Virus record (IMG/VR): IMGVR_UViG_3300045988_133686
Location: 46,838-110,837 of that record
Length of the DNA stretch: 64,000 nucleotides
Reading direction: 5' to 3' (one strand)
Source of the DNA: a virus
This document shows, piece after piece, positions 60,745 to 64,000 of the stretch. The notes beneath the pieces were generated by a model, which saw nothing but the letters and a program-made list of their open reading frames with translations, was not told the origin of the DNA and searched no databases. The position numbers and the translations under genes were made by a program. Each line of letters begins with the position of its first letter. Position 1 is the first letter of the stretch.

Positions 60745-61044
60745 CTACACATCCGCCCGGTCGCCGCCGAACGTCCTGGTCATGTCCATCCTGTAATCAG
60801 GTTGATAGATGAATTCCCTATCGCCCAACACCCGCATCGCCATCTTGCTGTACCGGCACTGCCGCGCCCGCTCTCTCTGTCCGGCCAGCAGATTCGTGTA
60901 TAGGTCTGCGGTGCGGCGCGTTCCTTCTTCCCGCCCAATGTAATAAGCCAGGTAGATCATTTTCTCTACACTGGCTTTTGCGTTTTCGGATTCCAAATCG
61001 TGGTCCGAATTCAACAAAGAGTGGATGCGTTCAACAATCGTCAC
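60745..61044 (-). CDS. hypothetical protein
   Basis: 99 aa, co-oriented. Confidence 0.45.
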   Translation of the reverse strand: MTIVERIHSLLNSDHDLESENAKASVEKMIYLAYYIGREEGTRRTADLYTNLLAGQRERARQCRYSKMAMRVLGDREFIYQPDYRMDMTRTFGGDRADV

Positions 61045-61090
61045 GTCGGCACCTCCTATTATAATACCTTTCGCCCGACCATGGGTTCGC

Positions 61091-61390
61091 TTACTCGAAT
61101 CGAATGACTAATCTTTTTCCCAACCCGTGTGCCAACCGCTGCAACACATCCAGCCGCGGCACCCTCTCGCCCCGCCGGAAGTTCGACACATTGCTCTGCG
61201 TCATGCCGCTCCGCACTCCGAGCTGCCAGTCGGTCAGGTTCTGGTTTTTGATTTCGGTTTCCAACATCTCCCGCACCTCGTCGCGGATGTCGTACCCGTC
61301 ATCCGTGAGCAGCACCTCTAAGTCCTCAAGCCGCCGCACATGGGGTAGCATCTGTTCCGCCGTCACTTCTGCATCATCCCTTCCAGACAA
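61091..61390 (-). CDS. XRE-family HTH protein
   Basis: TDWQLGVRSGMTQSNVSNFRRGERVPRLDVLQRLAHGLG helix-turn-helix at C-terminus. Confidence 0.65.
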   Translation of the reverse strand: MSGRDDAEVTAEQMLPHVRRLEDLEVLLTDDGYDIRDEVREMLETEIKNQNLTDWQLGVRSGMTQSNVSNFRRGERVPRLDVLQRLAHGLGKRLVIRFE

Positions 61391-62172
61391 GCCGTCAGTG
61401 CGCTGGACTCGCCGCGATCCGGGAAAGTCAGCAGCGCCATGGCCAGCAGCTTGCGGGGCGAACTGGATTTCAAAACCCGAATCAGGCGCAGCTCGTAGCC
61501 CTCGCGCCCGCTTCCGAGCCGCCCGTAAATCGAACCAAGCGCCCGCAGTACCGCCGCACTGTACGCGCCCGGCGCATCATGCCAGCCCGCCCGCTCGATC
61601 ACCCGGAACACCCAGCGCAGACCGTCGGGACCATGCGCGCCGAACACCTTCGACATGGCCTTGATTCCGCTCAGTTTGCCTGTGCCCTTTCCGGTTCCGA
61701 TTTTGATTTTGAATTCGCGGCAGATCCCTGTCATCGCTACGCTTGCCGGATCCTCTGCCACAACGAACGCCCGCAGCTTCTCGTAACTCGATACGGGCTT
61801 CTTGTACTCGTCCTGCGTCGCGAACAGCTTGGCTTCCTCGGCTTCCGTCAGCCCCTCGTAGATGATGCAGTTCAGTGTGTCCTGACCCCGCAACATCGCT
61901 GCCCGCACTCTGTTCGCCCCGTCTATAACTTTGAATTCCGAATCGCGGTAGCTCACGATGATGTCCTTTGCCTTGTGGTTGTCCCACTGCTCGGCAATGC
62001 GCCCGGCGTACCCGCTCTCCTTGCGCTGGTAAGCTTCATCCAACCGCAGCAGCGAACACGGAATTTCGATGTGCTTTACCCCGTTCATGACGTGGGCGTT
62101 CCGCACAATCGCATCGGCATACGCAGTGATCCGGGAATCCAAATCCGAATTCGTTTTCGCAATAGCAGTCAT
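61363..62172 (-). CDS. ParB/Srx-like N-terminal-domain protein
   Basis: ATG 62172 after AAGGAGA; LLRLDEAYQR...FKVIDGANRVRAAML (DGxxR ParB-type motif). Confidence 0.7.
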   Translation of the reverse strand: MTAIAKTNSDLDSRITAYADAIVRNAHVMNGVKHIEIPCSLLRLDEAYQRKESGYAGRIAEQWDNHKAKDIIVSYRDSEFKVIDGANRVRAAMLRGQDTLNCIIYEGLTEAEEAKLFATQDEYKKPVSSYEKLRAFVVAEDPASVAMTGICREFKIKIGTGKGTGKLSGIKAMSKVFGAHGPDGLRWVFRVIERAGWHDAPGAYSAAVLRALGSIYGRLGSGREGYELRLIRVLKSSSPRKLLAMALLTFPDRGESSALTACLEGMMQK

Positions 62173-62220
62173 TTTCGATCTCCTTTCGTTATGCAACAGG
62201 TGTTGCTTGCACCAACTTGG

Positions 62221-62234
62221 GATATGTTAGTGAT
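62221..62234. repeat. half-copy of the 23-bp palindrome
   Basis: CCAACTTGGGATAT matches the right arm and centre; left arm degenerate; begins within the TAA stop of the upstream gene. Confidence 0.6.
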
Positions 62235-62508
62235 GCCTAACCGACCAGAACGGGTCGTAAGCGAATGCGACTTCGTACATCATGCGGCCGGTTGTTAAAT
62301 CTCGGAAACCGCTCACGAACAAATCCGGATTCATATTTCGATCTCGGAACCAACCCAGGATGATGTCGTGGTTACGTCTGGTAGCCCGCACATACAGGTC
62401 GCTCTGCCAGTGGTGAAACTCCGTCTCGCCGTTCGCCCGCAGGCGTTCCATTAAGGTGTCCATGTTAGCCCTCCTTACCATATTTATCCATGAGATGTTT
62501 GAATGCAA
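62227..62508 (-). CDS. hypothetical protein
   Basis: 93 aa, co-oriented. Confidence 0.45.
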   Translation of the reverse strand: MHSNISWINMVRRANMDTLMERLRANGETEFHHWQSDLYVRATRRNHDIILGWFRDRNMNPDLFVSGFRDLTTGRMMYEVAFAYDPFWSVRHH

Positions 62509-62695
62509 ACGTCACTGCTTCCATGCCATAGTTTCCAGTTTTAGAATCGAAGCTCGATTCGAATTCCTGCGCCCAACGCAGTGTATCTGCGAAGAACGTC
62601 TTGCCGTCCTTGATCTTGATGCAGCCCTTGTTGGTTAACCACCCTGCGATAAAAGCTATATTAACTAACATCTTCGCCTCTCGCTCCGTCAGCAT
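62465..62695 (-). CDS. hypothetical protein
   Basis: 76 aa, co-oriented. Confidence 0.45.
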   Translation of the reverse strand: MLTEREAKMLVNIAFIAGWLTNKGCIKIKDGKTFFADTLRWAQEFESSFDSKTGNYGMEAVTFAFKHLMDKYGKEG

Positions 62696-62925
62696 TCCCG
62701 TCCCTCCTTTGCCGCCCGCAGGATCTCGTCCATGTTGTTTTCAAGAAGGAATTCCAAATCCTGCACGCGGCTCGCCATGATCTCCCGCAGCGCGCGCTTG
62801 GCTGCTGCCTCGTTGATGGTACGGGCGTTGCAGTGCAGCGTCAGCACCAGCTCGTCAAAGGTGATAGGGTCAAGCAGATTGTCCTCGCCCCGCAAATCGT
62901 CCCCAAATTTCCAGTTCCGTTCCAT
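62689..62925 (-). CDS. hypothetical protein
   Basis: ATG 62925 just after upstream stop. Confidence 0.45.
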   Translation of the reverse strand: MERNWKFGDDLRGEDNLLDPITFDELVLTLHCNARTINEAAAKRALREIMASRVQDLEFLLENNMDEILRAAKEGREC

Positions 62926-62927
62926 GG

Positions 62928-63269
62928 TCAGCCCTCCTTCGTTGCTTCCCGGATGAATTCCTCCACCAGATTCGCCAGCCTTGTCTTTTTGACCTCGAAA
63001 TCTACATTCCAATTCACAACACACTCCTCTGCCTGTTCTTCAAAGCGGCGCGTCAGCTCATGCGGGACGCGTTTCCCGATCGGCTTGTAACCGGTCGAAA
63101 TGCACACACCGCCGATGTCGTAGTAATCGCAGCTCCAGCCGTAGACCCCAGCGCTGTATGCAAACGGGTTTTCATAACGCAGGAGATACTGAAGGTCACA
63201 ATAGCTGACGCGCAGAATATTCCGGCCGTACTCTTCGCGAATCGCCTTATACGTGGTCCGAATTTTCAT
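62928..63269 (-). CDS. hypothetical protein
   Basis: ATG 63269 just after upstream stop; MKIRTTYKAIREEYG.. Confidence 0.45.
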   Translation of the reverse strand: MKIRTTYKAIREEYGRNILRVSYCDLQYLLRYENPFAYSAGVYGWSCDYYDIGGVCISTGYKPIGKRVPHELTRRFEEQAEECVVNWNVDFEVKKTRLANLVEEFIREATKEG

Positions 63270-63271
63270 AT

Positions 63272-64000
63272 TCAAATTTCCTCCATTGATTCCCACCACG
63301 GCTGACTCATGACGTACTCCTCGAACCCGTTTTCGTCATCGTACAACGCCGGGGTGTTGTTGTGTGTATAGGCCGTTGCTTCATCTACCGGATACAGGCA
63401 TTCGGCACCGTCTACGTAGACCCGACCATCCTGATCGACGAAGTAAAGCATGTCGTCCGCGCACACCTCTTCCATTCCACCGTCCACCCACATCAGATAC
63501 CCGTCGAATGGGCTTACGGATTTGATTTCCGTATTCAGTAGGTTTCCGAAATAGGAATCCGATTTGCGGGCAGACATGTACTCAAACCGCGGCGCAGTCG
63601 GCACATCTCTCAGCATTGCGTCTGTCAACCGCAGCACCCGCTCGACATCAGCCCACACAACGAACTCGCATTCGGTATGTGGATTATAGTATCCGCTACT
63701 CAGATTAACCGCGGCCACACCAAGATACGGCGCCAGTATCGAGATGTCCGAAAAGCTGCCGTATGCCGTTTCAAATCCATAACTCGTAATGAACTGCTCA
63801 AATTCTTCATTGGCGCAGTCGTAGAATACCGCATCGTTACTGCCTTTGCGGTCAAATTCAATCATGAATTTCAAATCCGGCTTGATATTCTGATCGACAA
63901 ACTTGTACGCCCCGACACCCCCAATTTCCTCATCTTCGGTAAACAGCACATGGCAATCATGCTTGCGCATTGTTTCCATCACCATGCACACGCCGCACCG
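63272..64000 (-). CDS. metallopeptidase-like protein (M28/M20-like), 5-prime partial
   Basis: HVLFTEDEEIGGVGA (metal-ligand Glu-Glu region) and NLSSGYYNPHT; reading frame stays open to the window edge. Confidence 0.45.
   Translation of the reverse strand, partial: RCGVCMVMETMRKHDCHVLFTEDEEIGGVGAYKFVDQNIKPDLKFMIEFDRKGSNDAVFYDCANEEFEQFITSYGFETAYGSFSDISILAPYLGVAAVNLSSGYYNPHTECEFVVWADVERVLRLTDAMLRDVPTAPRFEYMSARKSDSYFGNLLNTEIKSVSPFDGYLMWVDGGMEEVCADDMLYFVDQDGRVYVDGAECLYPVDEATAYTHNNTPALYDDENGFEEYVMSQPWWESMEEI

Larger units (their letters stand above)
1..64000. mobile_element. segment of a large temperate tailed-phage (possibly phage-plasmid-like) genome
   Basis: Contiguous late (tail, fibre, lysis), integration (int, attP-like, xis), nucleotide-metabolism, replication and accessory modules; no recognisable host housekeeping genes on either side of the att site. 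Confidence 0.85.

Overview
The whole 64-kb window reads as one large mobile genome. It is most likely a temperate tailed phage of an anaerobic Gram-positive (Clostridia-like) host, captured in its excised or circular configuration. All functional calls come from motif recognition by eye; no searches, folds or statistics were run, and several start codons were re-assigned from RBS inspection.

Layout:
- nt 1-18.7 kb (+ strand), late genes: tail/baseplate proteins and an unusually large set of fibre/receptor-binding proteins (Ala/Gln-rich stalks, LamG-like lectin domains, four glycine-rich-domain proteins). A lysis cassette follows, with a SpoIID+M15+PG-binding endolysin and three small membrane proteins.
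- 18.8-20.5 kb: tyrosine integrase, an attP-like region (tRNA 3-prime fragment, terminator, arm repeats) and an excisionase.
- 20.5-64 kb (almost entirely - strand): nucleotide metabolism (dUTPase, NrdD/NrdG, redoxin, NMP kinase, ThyX, HD hydrolase, dCMP deaminase), a DNA methyltransferase and four tRNAs. Replication and recombination genes follow (DnaE-type PolIII alpha, primase-helicase, Cas4-like nuclease, SSB, ERF).
- The same arm also carries an FNT-family channel, an AT-rich array of small zinc-ribbon genes, two ParB-like proteins and an antirepressor.
- It ends with a defence/toxin island, a second short tyrosine recombinase and a GC-richer block of small plasmid/ICE-like genes. The island holds an ABC-ATPase+RloB pair (AbiL/PARIS-like), a second ABC-ATPase cassette and a long Doc/Fic protein.

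Most notable non-routine signals:
- a Panacea (DUF4065) antitoxin-type gene interrupted by TAA exactly at its conserved Gln codon;
- a + strand promoter, structured leader, 34-aa hydrophobic ORF and terminator unit resembling a type I toxin locus;
- a perfect 23-bp palindrome repeated directly after stop codons;
- an uncharacterised four-gene ABC-ATPase cassette;
- a Cys-containing hexapeptide tandem-repeat protein.
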